This document shows, piece by piece, positions 1 through 15,000 of a DNA stretch of 64,000 nucleotides. The stretch's first letter is position 1; every line of letters starts with the position of its first letter. The DNA is from Eimeria praecox (Eukaryota), in NCBI GenBank assembly GCA_963920595.1, contig OY986946.1, positions 4,898,001 through 4,962,000 of the forward strand, read 5' to 3'. The notes beneath the pieces are model-generated. The model saw only the letters and a list, made by a program, of their open reading frames with translations. It did not search any database and had not been told where the DNA came from. The translations under genes and the position numbers were made by a program.

Positions 1-3000
1 ACTGCCAGAGCAGGGCAACTTACTCCCGCATCCGCAATTCATTAAACTTCTGACCCCTAACCAAATGAAGCATTGGCTTGATACTACTAGCGATGCCCAT
101 GGCCTGCCGCAAATCAGTTTCTACTGAAAGCACGTTGGGACCGAATCCAAAGAACAACATACCTTCTGGCAGCACAATTGCGACGCTCCATGAGAGCCGA
201 GAGAGATGTGTGCTACTGCACGTTATGCAGCAAAGGACAAGCACGCATAAAGTGAAAAGTATTGCTCAGAGAATGCAGCCGTGAACATCGCTTGCTTGAC
301 AGCCTGCAAGCAATTCGCCTACACTCACCCCCACATATTTGGTGCCCCCGCAAGAAACTCTTTGCAGTGCTGGCTCTATCAGGTTGAAACGTCAAGGCAC
401 AAACAATGGGTAGTTGTGCAAAATTCAGTTGTTCTATCCGTCGTCTTAAAACCGACAAGCCTTTCCGCAGCTCTAGAGGCGAACGCTGGCACATCCGCCT
501 GTCTTGATTTAGCATAGCAAGCCCAAACCGCATCCAATACGAATTAGTCGCGTTCCAAACAATCTCCGCCCCTGCGCATATTACTTATTTGCAATGCGCC
601 AGAATTCCGGCTGTGCTATTAGCTCTACAGTTTTGTCTACCGATAGGTACCAGGCGCGTAGCTGGAGCACCGGGCAAGGCAGTCTGCAAACGCCGATTTG
701 CCCTTTGTTCAAACTCACTGCCTGAATGCAAGGTTACCACCCAGCAGACACAGCCTACGGCGGTCATTTTAAAATCATAGTCAACAAAATGCAAAACCAG
801 CCCTGCTAAAGCGGCTGCTTACACGCACCAGCCGACGCTCGCCCAACATGCCATACGCGCATACTTCAAATCGATGCCTGATACTGCCACAGCAAGGCGC
901 GAACTATGCTACCTTCTGCCGGTGCGCAAGCAGCCAAAATGATTTCCCTATAGAGCCTGGATATTTGTTAGAGGCTTTAGGATCCTCGAATGCTCCACAA
1001 CACCCCCTGCAGTCCGGCGTCAACGCGGATTGATACGCATGGAGACAGGTAAACAAGAATGCAGTTCAAGCTCTCCCGCTTGCAAAATACCTGGCTGGAA
1101 CATAGCCCAAGTATCTGTGTCACATACGATCCTAGATAAAACTCGGTGAAGACTGAAAGCGATTAAATGCGTCTGTCTACTACGTCCGTCTTGCACACTC
1201 CCTCACTACACCAGACGAATCAGAAACTGTACGCGAACCCATTAAAACGTGCTACCTCGTCTAGTTCTAGTAGGCGTGACTCGTGAGACCTGGCGCATGT
1301 GGCTTGCGTTGCGAGGCTAATGAGCATTTCACTTTCAGCACTGCGGAGCAACTCGGTCTACGTCGCTACACAAACAAATAAAAAGGTCAAACTCCTACGC
1401 GAACACCTAGCTGCCCTCCATCCTAAACCTACGTCAGCAATGTGGCCCATTGAGCAAATCGTGGCACCGCGGCATCACAAAGTATAGGCAAGCGTCTCGC
1501 TAAGAAGTGACGTACTACCTACAGCACCACCAGGAGCGTCATAAGCTACACCAGATGTCCCATTCCAATTACATCCAACAGACCAACTGCTAGTACCCTG
1601 GAGCACAGAAAGCGCTGCTGCTCCAGCTTGGGTCTGCTAAAGACAGCGGTTCCTTTTGCATGTCAGGTGCGGCGAAGAAACGATCTGCTTAATCGTACAA
1701 GGTGCTTCTTTACGATGCAAGCCCCGCCATGCGAACAGATGCATCTCTCACTCCCAGGTGAGTGCAAGCAAATCCATATCAAGGCGTTTCACACATAGCT
1801 TGCCCCGCGGCAATTGCAGAGCATTCTAATTCATTCTGCACAGCTTGGCCGGTTTTATAGAGTGACCCTGTTGGCAATTTGTCCTTGTTGGTGTATACAC
1901 ACTAATAGTTATGTACAAAATCGACGCAGCGCACCAACTGGAAGGAGCCGCAAACCGTCTACATCTGGGCAAATAAGACACTAGCAGGGTGCAGACGATG
2001 TATTTTTCCAAGCAGGCTAACCATCCGTAAGGGCCCTCCTCAATCACAAACGCCCCACCTAGCAGCGTAGGGCATTCGCGGACAACGTTGTCCAGCGGTA
2101 AGTCACAGACAGCCCTGATGTTGTTGGCCGCAGCTATGCCAAGCTTTCGTAGCAAGCCTTCACGCTGTGAGGCCTGTCAATATCTTGCTCCTTTGCAATA
2201 AGCAAAAGCTACCACAAACGCCGTCCCAAAGCAACAGTTCTGCAGTTGACTGGCTGTTCCAGCCTCTGCTGTTCCAGCAGAGACTCAGAGTGCCAACGCC
2301 GTCTCTCATGGGGCAATTCTCAGTTACGCTCACAAGAGCCGTGCTGCTTCTCAAAGAAGGATTGTTTTGCGTGCAAGGAAAGCGCAGCTAATGAAGCGGC
2401 AATTTCTGTTAAACTGCTGAGTGCCAGAAAGGGCCAAATTGTCCCAACAAGCAACGCGGAGTTCGACCTGCATCAGTATCACACCCACCAGCCCCTTCCA
2501 TTTCAACATGTGCCTGATGCGCCTCTATTTGCGCCAGTCCAAATGCACACCCCTTGATAATCTTCCATCACAGGCATTCACCGAAGCCCAGGATGTGAGG
2601 CACGCACTTGCTGAAAAAATGTGCAACCGCGCGAATGTTCCAGTTGCAGGTGTTCGTTATCTTTGCAGTTCACGATCAACTCCATTCAAGCACACGCTCC
2701 TTTTACCTTAGTACGTGGTTCTCACGGATGTTCAAGTAAAACATCTTGCAAGCTCACCACCTTTAGCAGACTGCTTCTGCTGCTATGCCCAATGCATTTT
2801 GCATACACACCCACCTACATCATCGCCTAGCCAGACGTCCACAAGCGATGATGAAGCAGCAGATATGCACGTGCTCGTGCTCGAGTAGTTCAACCGCTGC
2901 GCGCCGGCCCCGCGATCTTCTTCAAATGTGCAAACGAGCATCTGCGGCATACAGCTGGCATCCAGCCAGTTCAAACGAAGCTCTGCGCCCCTTCACTTCG

Positions 3001-6000
3001 TCTGGCCGAAGAGATACGGCACAACAGCACCTAAGCGCTGAGCTCCTCCACTATCTATCGTCGTTTCCAATCTGATGACCAAGGACCTTAAGCTTCACAA
3101 GAAAAAAGGCTGGAAAAGGATGCCGCAGCCGACAGCCCAAACGACATGGTGCACCTAGCCTTTGGCGTCTTACTGTACACACGACAAGCTACCGGCGGAG
3201 TTCATGCGGGCCAGCCTCCACCCGCGTGCAGTCACGCTGCTACACACCCCCACTTCCAAAAACCCTACAATCCTGTGAGCTCAGTAAAATGCCTGCGATC
3301 CTAGTTGAAAATACTGCGACGCTACTTTCGCATGTGCAGCGTTCTGATTTGAGCAGTGGTGTTTTACAGAGACACGCGCTTCCACTGCTCTCCCAGGAGC
3401 TATCAGTGCACCAGACAATCTTCGCACTCTCTGCGCAATATGAATGCGGGTTGCGCAACTGCCACAATCATGCAAACTGGAACAATTCTATCTACATTCT
3501 ACTCATGCGCTCGTCGGCAGCTCACAGTCACCCCAACCCCCCTGTCGACAAAACGACAATCCTCATGCACTGATGAACGCTGACAGAGTATCCTTGACCC
3601 CTCCACAATACCCTTTATAAATAGTTTCGCTCAAAACGACTCTGAATGAGCACACGGGCAAGTTTCGCGGCAGATGAAATGGTTTGCCGTGGCACGGCCT
3701 AAGTGTTGTAGCACCGCGAAATGATGACGGAAGGCTTCCACCAGCCGAGACAATTCCGACGCTCCTCATGCAGGCGACTCTATGCAAATCGGGAATGCTC
3801 ACCTAAAGCGAAGCAGCAGACACTGGCTCAATGCCAGTGCGCCAGCTTGCCAACGAACCCCACTTCCCACCTGCTACACAGAGCCAGCAAACACACGAAA
3901 AACGCAGCCCTGCGCGTGTTCAACGGCAGACCAAAGCGTTACATAATTACGATTCCTGGTGCCGCACAGGTGAATGCACCATTTCAAAATGGCTATTTGG
4001 GAAGCCGATACTATCCTCGCGCGACGGCATGCAGCATGCGCAACTGCCCCAGTGACAGCTTGGTGGCTTGCATGCGCACCGAATGCCCTATTTCCACCAG
4101 TGCAACAAGCGACTTGGAGAAACAAGCGATACATCAGGACGTGCGTTCCGTGCATGAAAATACGCTTTGTTCGATTTCTCGATCGATAATGGAGAGGTCC
4201 CACATACCATCTGCGCACCACAACACTTACACGAATTGTGAAGAAAAGGGTACCAAATGCCACACGATAAAACGCCATATACAGCTTCACTATGCATCTG
4301 TTCAAGCAGAAAGCTGGGTTAATTTGAAAATTTGAACAACCCCAACCTCCAGACGAATTTAGGCCCACGCATGTAGATTGGATCTGAAACTATATGTTCT
4401 GCTATTCAACGGATACGCATTTGGCAACTCCCAGGTCCATTGTGTACAGAACCACAAACGTAAACACTGGCAGGCGCCACAAATAAAGATCAGCGCGAAG
4501 CCGCCGAGGGCGCAGATGCACATGCGAGCGACAAAGCACCACACCACGAGCAATCACATCCACTGACAAGAGCGACCAAAGATCACGCCCCACGTTAGAT
4601 CCACATTGTCAGTATTGTTGGGATAGCACCAGCAGCAGCACACCTGGAGCTGCTGCGGCGGGCGACTGCTGCAAAAGGCAAGTAATTACGACAGCTGCGG
4701 CGTGTTAATACACCTGAAAAGCGCCTCTTGCGCAAAGGCAGAATACCAATCTGCACAGCAAGAGAAACCAGTTCGCCTACGATGCCTTCACTGCCCCAGT
4801 TGCCACCTGCTAGGTCTACTGAAGGAAGAATACACTTCATCGGGATACAGAAGCAATCATAAAGTTCTATACACAGTGGGACATGTTTTACACGCCATCG
4901 TAGGAGAGCTGAAGGATGCGTGTCAGGCAGAAAGCACCAAACCGAGCTGAGCACACCGCTGCCTACCCGCTGTGGCCGCGCCAGTCCAACAGCTTTCGGG
5001 TAGCACACACCAAAACGCATAGTCGAGGACCACGACAAATATGCAGAACTGTTGAAAAAGCGTTGTGGCCATTTCCTGCCAGAGCAGGGCAACGTACTGC
5101 CGCATCCGCAATTCATTAAACTTCTGACGCTTAACCAAGTGCCACATTGGCTTGATACTACTAGCGATGCGCATGGCCTGCCGCAAATCAGTTTCTACTG
5201 GAAGCACGTTGGGACCGAATCCAAAGAACAACGTACCTCCTGGCAGCACAAATGCGACGCTCCATGAGAGCCGAGAGAGATGTGTGCTACTGCACGTTAT
5301 GCAGCAAAGGACAAGCACGCATAAAGTGAAAAGTATTGCTCAGAGAATGCAGCCGTGAACTTCGCTTGCTTGACAACCTGCAAGCAATTCGCCTACACTC
5401 ACCCCCGCATATTTGGTGCCCCCGCAAGAAACTCTTTGCAGTTCTGGCTCTATCAGGTTGAAACGTCAAGGCACAAACAATGGGTAGTTGTGCAAAATTC
5501 AGTTGTTCTATCCGTCGTCTTAAAACCGACAAGCCTTTCCGCAGCTCTAGAGGCGAACGCTGGCACATCCGCCTGTCTTGATTTAGCATAGCAAGCCCAA
5601 CCCGCATCCAATACGCATTAGTCGCGTTCCAAACAATCTCCGCCCCTGTGCAGATTACTTATTTGCAATGCGCCAGAATTCCGGCTGTGCTATTAGCTCT
5701 ACAGTTTTGTCTACCGATAGGTACCAGGCGCGTAGCTGGAGCACCGGGCAAGGCAGTCTGCAAACGCCGATTTGCCCTTTGTTCAAACTCACTGCCTGAA
5801 TGCAAGGTTACCACCCAGCAGACACAGCCTACGGCGGTCATTTTAAAATCATAGTCAACAAAATGCAAAACCAGCCCTGCTAAAGCGGCTGCTTACACGC
5901 ACCAGCCGACGCTCGCCCAACATGCCATACGCGCATACTTCAAATCGATGCCTGATACTGCCACAGCAAGGCGCGAACTATGCTACCTTCTGCCGGTACG

Positions 6001-9000
6001 CAAGCAGCCAAAATGATTTCCCTATAGAGCCTGGATATTTGTTAGAGGCTTTAGGATCCTCGAATGCTCCACAACACCCCCTGCAGTCCGGCGTCAACGC
6101 GGATTGATACGCATGGAGACAGGTAAACAAGCATGCAATTCAAGCTCTCCCGCTTGCAAAATACCTGGCTGGAACATAGCCCAAGTATCTGTGTCACATA
6201 CGATCCTAGATAAAACTCGGTGAAGACTGAAAACGATTAAATGCGTCTGTCTACTACGTCCGCCTTGCACACTCCCTCACTACACCAGACGAATCAGAAA
6301 CTGTACGCGAACCCATTAAAACGTGCTGCCTCGTCTAGTTCTAGTAGGCGTGACTCGTGAGACCTGGCGCATGTGGCTTGCGTTGCGAGGCTAATGAGCA
6401 TTTCACTTTCAGCACTGCGGAGCAACTGAGTCTACGTCGCTACACAAACAAATAAAAAGGTCAAACTCCTACGCGAACACCTAGCTGCCCTCCATCCTAA
6501 ACCTACGTCAGCAATGTGGCCCATTGAGCAAATCGTGGCACCGCGGCATCACAAAGTATAGGCAAGCGTCTCGCTAAGAAGTGACGTACGTCCTACAGCA
6601 CCACCAGGAGCGTCATAAGCTACACCAGATGTCCCATTCCAATTACATCCAACAGACCAACTGCTAGCACCCTGGAGCACAGAAAACGCTGCTTCTCCAG
6701 CTTGGGTCTGCTAAAGACAGCGGTTCCTTTTGCATGTCAGGTGCGGCGAAGAAACGATCTGCTTAATCGTACAAGGTGCTTCTTTACGATGCAAGCCCAG
6801 CCATGCGAACAGATGCATCTCTCACTCCCAGGTGAGTGCAAGCAAATCCATATCAAGGCGTTTCACACATAGCTTGCCCCGCGGCAATTGCAGAGCATTC
6901 TAATTCATTCTGCACAGCTTGGCCGGTTTTATAGAGTGACCCTGTTGGCAATTTCTCCTTGTTGGTGTATACACACTAATAGTTATGTACAAAATCGACG
7001 CAGCGCACCAACTGGAAGGAGCCGCAAACCGTCTACATCTGGGCAAATAAGACACTAGCAGGGTGCAGACGATGTATTTTTCCAAGCAGGCTAACCATCC
7101 GTAAGGGCCCTCCTCAATCACAAACGCCCCACCTAGCAGCGTAGGGCATTCGCGGACAACGTTGTCCAGCGGTAAGTCACAGACAGCCCTGATGTTGTTG
7201 GCCGCAGCTATGCCAAGCTTTCGTAGCAAGCCTTCACGCTGTGAGGCCTGTCAATGTCTTGCTCCTTTGCAATAAGCAAAAGCTACCACAAACGCCGTCC
7301 CAAAGCAACAGTTCTGCAGTTGACTGGCTGTTCCAGCCTCTGCTGTTCCAGCAGAGACTCAGAGTGCCAACGCCGTCTCTCATGGGGCAATTCTCAGTTA
7401 CGCTCACAAGAGCCGTGCTGCTTCTCAAAGAAGGATTGTTTTGCGTGCAAGGAAAGCGCAGCTAATGAAGCGGCAATTTCTGTTAAACTGCTGAGTGCCA
7501 GAAAGGGCCAAATTGTCCCAACAAGCAACGCGGAGTTCGACCTGCATCAGCATCACACCCACCAGCCCCTTCCATTTCAACATGTGCCTGATGCGCCTCT
7601 ATTTGCGCCAGTCCAAATGCACACCCCTTGATAATCTTCCATCACAGGCATTCACCGAAGCCCAGGATGTGAGGCACGCACTTCCTGAAAAAATGTGCAA
7701 CCGTGCGAATGTTCCAGTTGCAGGTGTTCGTTATCTTTGCAGTTCACGATCAACTCCATCCAAGCACACGCTCCTTTTACCTTAGTACGTGGTTCTCACG
7801 GATGTTCAAGTAAAACATCTTGCAAGTTCACCACCTTTCGCAGACTGCTTCTGCTGCTATGCCCAATGCATTTTGCATACACACCCACCTACATCATCGC
7901 CTAGCCAGACGTCCACAAGTGATGATGAGGCGGTAGAAATGCACGTGCTCGTGCTCAAGTAGTTCAACCGCTGCGCGCCGGCCCCGCGATCTTCTTCAAA
8001 TCTGCAAACGAGCATCTGCGGCATACAGCTGGCATCCAGCCAGTTCAAACGAAGCTCTGCGCCCCTTCACTTCGTCTGGCCGAAGAGATACGGCACAACA
8101 GCACCTAAGCGCTGAGCTCCTCCACTATCTATCGTCGTTTCCAATCTGATGACCAAGGACCTTAAGCTTCACAAGAAAAAAGGCTGGAAAAGGATGCCGC
8201 AGCCGACAGCCCAAACGACATGGTGCACCTAGCCTTTGGCGTCTTACTGTACACACGACAAGCTACCGGCGGAGTTCATGCGGGCCAGCCTCCACCCGCG
8301 TGCAGTCACGCTGCTACACACCCCCACTTCCAAAAACCCTACAATCCTGTGAGCTCAGTAAAATGCCTGCGATCCTAGTTGAAAATACTGCGACGCTACT
8401 TTCGCATGTGCAGCGTTCTGATTTGAGCAGTGGTGTTTTACAGAGACACGCGCTTCCACTGCTCTCCCAGGAGCTATCAGTGCACCAGACAATCTTCGCA
8501 CTCTCTGCGCAATATGAATGCGGGTTGCGCAACTGCCACAATCATGCAAACTGGAACAATTCTATCTACGTTCTACTCATGCGCTCGTCGGCAGCTCACA
8601 GTCACCCCAACCCCCCTGTCGACAAAACGACAATCCTCATGCACTGATGAACGCTGACAGAGTATCCTTGACCCCTCCACAATACCCTTTATAAATAGTT
8701 TCGCTCAAAACGACTCTGAATGAGCACACGGGCAAGTTTCGCGGCAGATGAAATGGTTTGCCGTGGCACGGCCTAAGTGTTGTAGCACCGCGAAATGATG
8801 ACGGAAGGCTTCCACCAGCCGAGACAATTCCGACGCTCCTCATGCAGGCGACTCTATGCAAATCGGGAATGCTCACCTAAAGCGAAGCAGCAGACACTGG
8901 CTCAATGCCAGTGCGCCAGCTTGCCAACGAACCCCACTTCCCACCTGCTACACAGAGCCAGCAAGCACGCGAAAAACGCATCCCTGCGCGTGTTCAACGG

Positions 9001-12000
9001 CAGACCAAAGCGTTACATAATTACGATTCCTGGTGCCGCACAGGTGAATGCACTATTACAGAATTGCTATTTGGGAAGCCGATACTATCCTCGCGCGACG
9101 GCATGCAGCATGCGCAACTGCCCCAGTGACAGCTTGGTGGCTTGCATGCGCACCGAATGCCCCATTTGCACCAGTGCAGCAAGTGACTTGGCGAAACAAG
9201 CGATACATCAGGACGTGCGTTCCGTGCATGAAAATACGCTTTGTTCGATTTCTCGATCGAGAATGGAGAGGTCCCACATACCATCTGCGCACCACAACAC
9301 TTACACGAATTGTGAAGAAAAGGGTACCAAATGCCACACGATAAAACGCCATATACAGCTTCACTATGCATCTGTTCAATCAGAAAGCTGGGTTAATTTG
9401 AAAATTTGAACAACCCCAACCTCCAGACGAATTTAGGCCCACGCATGTAGATTGAATCTGAAACTATATGTTCTGCTATTCAAACGGATACACATTTGGC
9501 AACTCCCAGGTCCATTGTGTACAGAACCACAAACGTAAACACTGGCAGGCGCCACAAATTAAGATCAGCGCGAAGCCGCCGAGGGCGCAAATGTACATGC
9601 GAGCGACAAAGCACCACACCACGAGCAATCACATCCACTGACAAGAGCGATCAAAGATCACGCCCCACGTTAGATCCACATTGTCAGTATTGTTGGGATA
9701 GCACCAGCAGCAGCACACCTGGAGCTGCTGCGGCGGGCGACTGCTGCAAAAGGCAAGTAATTACGACAGCTGCGGCGTGTTAATACACCTGAAAAGCGCC
9801 TCTTGCGCAAAGGCAGAATACCAATCTGCACAGCAAGAGAAGCCAGTCCGCCTACGATGCCTTCACTGCCCCAGTTGCCACCTGCTAGGTCTACTGAAGG
9901 AAGAATACACTTCATCGGGATACAGAAGCAATCATAAAGTTCTATACACAGTGGGACATGTTTTACACGCCATCGTAGGAGAGCTGAAGGATGCGTGTCA
10001 GGCAGAAAGCACCAAACCGAGCTGAGCACACCGCTGCCTACCCGCTGTGGCCGCGCCAGTCCAACAGCTTTCGGGTAGCACACACCAAAACGCATAGTCG
10101 AGGACCACGACAAATATGCAGAACTGTTGATAAAGCGCTGTGGCCATTTCCTGCCAGAGCAGGGCAACTTACTCCCGCATCTGCAATTCATTAAACTTCT
10201 GACCCCTAACCAAATGAAGCATTGGCTTGATACTACTAGCGATGCCCATGGCCTGCCGCAAATCAGTTTCTACTGGAAGCACGTTGGGACCGAATCCAAA
10301 GAACAACAAGCCTCCTGGCAGCACAAATGCGACGCTCCACGAGAGCCGAGAGAGATGTGTGCTACTGCACGTTATGCAGCAAAGGACAAGCACGCATAAA
10401 GTGAAAAGTATTGCTCAGAGAATGCAGCCGTGAACTTCGCTTGCTTGACAACCTGCAAGCAATTCGCCTACACTCACCCCCGCATATTTGGTGCCCCCGC
10501 AAGAAACTCTTTGCAGTTCTGGCTCTATCAGGTTGAAACGTCAAGGCACAAACAATGGGTAGTTGTGCAAAATTCAGTTGTTCTATCCGTCGTCTTAAAA
10601 CCGACAAGCCTTTCCGCAGCTCTAGAGGCGAACGCTGGCACATCCGCCTGTCTTGATTTAGCATAGCAAGCCCAACCCGCATCCAATACGCATTAGTCGC
10701 GTTCCAAACAATCTCCGCCCCTGTGCAGATTACTTATTTGCAATGCGCCAGAATTCCGGCTGTGCTATTAGCTCTACAGTTTTGTCTACCGATAGGTACC
10801 AGGCGCGTAGCTGGAGCACCGGGCAAGGCAGTCTGCAAACGCCGATTTGCCCTTTGTTCAAACTCACTGCCTGAATGCAAGGTCACCACCCAGCAGACAC
10901 AGCCTACGGCGGTCATTTTAAAATCATAGTCAACAAAATGCAAAACCAGCCCTGCTAAAGCGGCTGCTTACACGCACCAGCCGACGCTCGCCCAACATGC
11001 CATACGCGCATACTTCAAATCGATGCCTGATACTGCCACAGCAAGGCGCGAACTATGCTACCTTCTGCCGGTACGCAAGCAGCCAAAATGATTTCCCTAT
11101 AGAGCCTGGATATTTGTTAGAGGCTTTAGGATCCTCGAATGCTCCACAACACCCCCTGCAGTCCGGCGTCAACGCGGATTGATACGCATGGAGACAGGTA
11201 AACAAGCATGCAATTCAAGCTCTCCCGCTTGCAAAATACCTGGCTGGAACATAGCCCAAGTATCTGTGTCACATACGATCCTAGATAAAACTCGGTGAAG
11301 ACTGAAAACGATTAAATGCGTCTGTCTACTACGTCCGTCTTGCACACTCCCTCACTACACCAGACGAATCAGAAACTGTACGCGAACCCATTAAAACGTG
11401 CTACCTCGTCTAGTTCTAGTAGGCGTGACTCGTGAGACTTGGCGCATGTGGCTTGCGTTGCGAGGCTAATGAGCATTACACTTTCATCACTGCAGAGCAA
11501 CTCGGTCTACGTCGCTACACAAACAAATAAAAAGGTCAAACTCCTACGCGAACACCTAGCTACCCTCCATCCTAAACCTACGTCAGCAATGTGGCCCATT
11601 GAGCAAGTCGTGGCACCGCGGCACCACAAAGTATAGGCAAGCGTCTCGCTAAGAAGTGACGTACGTCCTACAGCACCACCAGGAGCGTCATAAGCTACAC
11701 CAGATGTCCCATTCCAATTACATCCAACAGACCAACTGCTAGTACCCTGGAGCACAGAAAACGCTGCTTCTCCAGCTTGGGTCTGCTAAAGACAGCGGTT
11801 CCTTTTGCATGTCAGGTGCGGCGAAGAAACGATCTGCTTAATCGTACAAGGTGCTTCTTTACGATGCAAGCCCAGCCATGCGAACAGATGCATCTCTCAC
11901 TCCCAGGTGAGTGCAAGCAAATCCATATCAAGGCGTTTCACACATAGCTTGCCCCGCGGCAATTGCAGAGCATTCTAATTCATTCTGCACAGCTTGGCCG

Positions 12001-15000
12001 GTTTTATAGAGTGACCCTGTTGGCAATTTGTCCTTGTTGGTGTATACACACTAATAGTTATGTACAAAATCGACGCAGCGCACCAACTGGAAGGAGCCGC
12101 AAACCGTCTACATCTGGGCAAATAAGACACTAGCAGGGTGCAGACGATGTATTTTTCCAAGCAGGCTAACCATCCGTAAGGGCCCTCCTCAATCACAAAC
12201 GCCCCACCTAGCAGCGTAGGGCATTCGCGGACAACGTTGTCCAGCGGTAAGTCACAGACAGCCCTGATGTTGTTGGCCGCAGCTATGCCAAGCTTTCGTA
12301 GCAAGCCTTCACGCTGTGAGGCCTGTCAATGTCTTGCTCCTTTGCAATAAGCAAAAGCTACCACAAACGCTGTCCCAAAGCAACAGTTCTGCAGTTGACT
12401 GGCTGTTCCAGCCTCTGCTGTTCCAGCAGAGACTCAGAGTGCCAACGCCGTCTCTCATGGGGCAATTCGCAGTTACGCTCACAAGAGCCGTGCTGCTTCT
12501 CAAAGAAGGATTGTTTTGCGTGCAAGGAAAGCGCAGCTAATGAAGCGGCAATTTCTGTTAAACTGCTGAGTGCCAGAGAGGGCCAAATTGTCCCAACAAG
12601 CAACGCGGAGTTCGACCTGCATCAGCATCACACCCACCAGCCCCTTCCATTTCAACATGTGCCTGATGCGCCTCTATTTGCGCCAGTCCAAATGCACACC
12701 CCTTGATAATCTTCCATCACAGGCATTCACCGAAGCCCAGGATGTGAGGCACGCACTTGCTGAAAAAATGTGCAACCGCGCGAATGTTCCAGTTGCAGGT
12801 GTTCGTTATCTTTGCAGTTCACGATCAACTCCATCCAAGCACACGCTCCTTTTACCTTAGTACGTGGTTCTCACGGATGTTCAAGTAAAACATCTTGCAA
12901 GTTCACCACCTTTCGCAGACTGCTTCTGCTGCTATGCCCAATGCATTTTGCATACACACCCACCTACATCATCGCCTAGCCAGACGTCCACAAGTGATGA
13001 TGAGGCGGTAGAAATGCACGTGCTCGTGCTCAAGTAGTTCAACCGCTGCGCGCCGGCCCCGCGATCTTCTTCAAATCTGCAAACGAGCATCTGCGGCATA
13101 CAGCTGGCATCCAGCCAGTTCAAACGAAGCTCTGCGCCCCTTCACTTCGTCTGGCCGAAGAGATACGGCACAACAGCACCTAAGCGCTGAGCTCCTCCAC
13201 TATCTATCGTCGTTTCCAATCTGATGACCAAGGACCTTAAGCTTCACAAGAAAAAAGGCTGGAAAAGGATGCCGCAGCCGACAGCCCAAACGACATGGTG
13301 CACCTAGCCTTTGGCGTCTTACTGTACACACGACAAGCTACCGGCGGAGTTCATGCGGGCCAGCCTCCACCCGCGTGCAGTCACGCTGCTACACACCCCC
13401 ACTTCCAAAAACCCTACAATCCTGTGAGCTCAGTAAAATGCCTGCGATCCTAGTTGAAAATACTGCGACGCTACTTTCGCATGTGCAGCGTTCTGATTTG
13501 AGCAGTGGTGTTTTACAGAGACACGCGCTTCCACTGCTCTCCCAGGAGCTATCAGTGCACCAGACAATCTTCGCACTCTCTGCGCAATATAAATGCGGGT
13601 TGCGCAACTGCCACAATCATGCAAACTGGAACAATTCTATCTACGTTCTACTCATGCGCTCGTCGGCAGCTCACAGTCACCCCAACCCCCCTGTCGACAA
13701 AACGACAATCCTCATGCACTGATGAACGCTGACAGAGTATCCTTGACCCCTCCACAATACCCTTTATAAATAGTTTCGCTCAAAACGACTCTGAATGAGC
13801 ACACGGGCAAGTTTCGCGGCAGATGAAATGGTTTGCCGTGGCACGGCCTAAGTGTTGTAGCACCGCGAAATGATGACGGAAGGCTTCCACCAGCCGAGAC
13901 AATTCCGACGCTCCTCATGCAGGCGACTCTATGCAAATCGGGAATGCTCACCTAAAGCGAAGCAGCAGACACTGGCTCAATGCCAGTGCGCCAGCTTGCC
14001 AACGAACCCCACTTCCCACCTGCTACACAGAGCCAGCAAGCACGCGAAAAACGCAGCCCTGCGCGTGTTCAACGGCAGACCAAAGCGTTACATAATTACG
14101 ATTCCTGGTGCCGCACAGGTGAATGCACTATTACAGAATTGCTATTTGGGAAGCCGATACTATCCTCGCGCGACGGCATGCAGCATGCGCAACTGCCCCA
14201 GTGACAGCTTGGTGGCTTGCATGCGCACCGAATGCCCCATTTGCACCAGTGCAGCAAGTGACTTGGCGAAACAAGCGATACATCAGGACGTGCGTTCCGT
14301 GCATGAAAATACGCTTTGTTCGATTTCTCGATCGAGAATGGAGAGGTCCCACATACCATCTGCGCACCACAACACTTACACGAATTGTGAAGAAAAGGGT
14401 ACCAAATGCCACACGATAAAACGCCATATACAGCTTCACTATGCATCTGTTCAATCAGAAAGCTGGGTTAATTTGAAAATTTGAACAACCCCAACCTCCA
14501 GACGAATTTAGGCCCACGCATGTAGATTGAATCTGAAATTATATGTTCTGCTATTCAAACGGATACACATTTGGCAACTCCCAGGTCCATTGTGTACAGA
14601 ACCACAAACGTAAACACTGGCAGGCGCCACAAATTAAGATCAGCGCGAAGCCGCCGAGGGCGCAAATGTACATGCGAGCGACAAAGCACCACACCACGAG
14701 CAATCACATCCACTGACAAGAGCGACCAAAGATCACGCCCCACGTTAGATCCACATTGTCAGTATTGTTGGGATAGCACCAGCAGCAGCACACCTGGAGC
14801 TGCTGCGGCGGGCGACTGCTGCAAAAGGCAAGTAATTACGACAGCTGCGGCGTGTTAATACACCTGAAAAGCGCCTCTTGCGCAAAGGCAGAATACCAAT
14901 CTGCACAGCAAGAGAAGCCAGTTCGCCTACGATGCCTTCACTGCCCCAGTTGCCACCTGCTAGGCCTCCTGAAGGAAGAATACGCTTCATCATAAAGCTG

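Noticed and set aside
3721..4335. 204-aa ORF open in all three 5-kb copies
   Set aside because: No recognisable domain. Many of the differences between copies change amino acids (APFQNGY/ALLQNCY, ISTSATSDLEK/ICTSAASDLAK). Persistence is explained by recent duplication.
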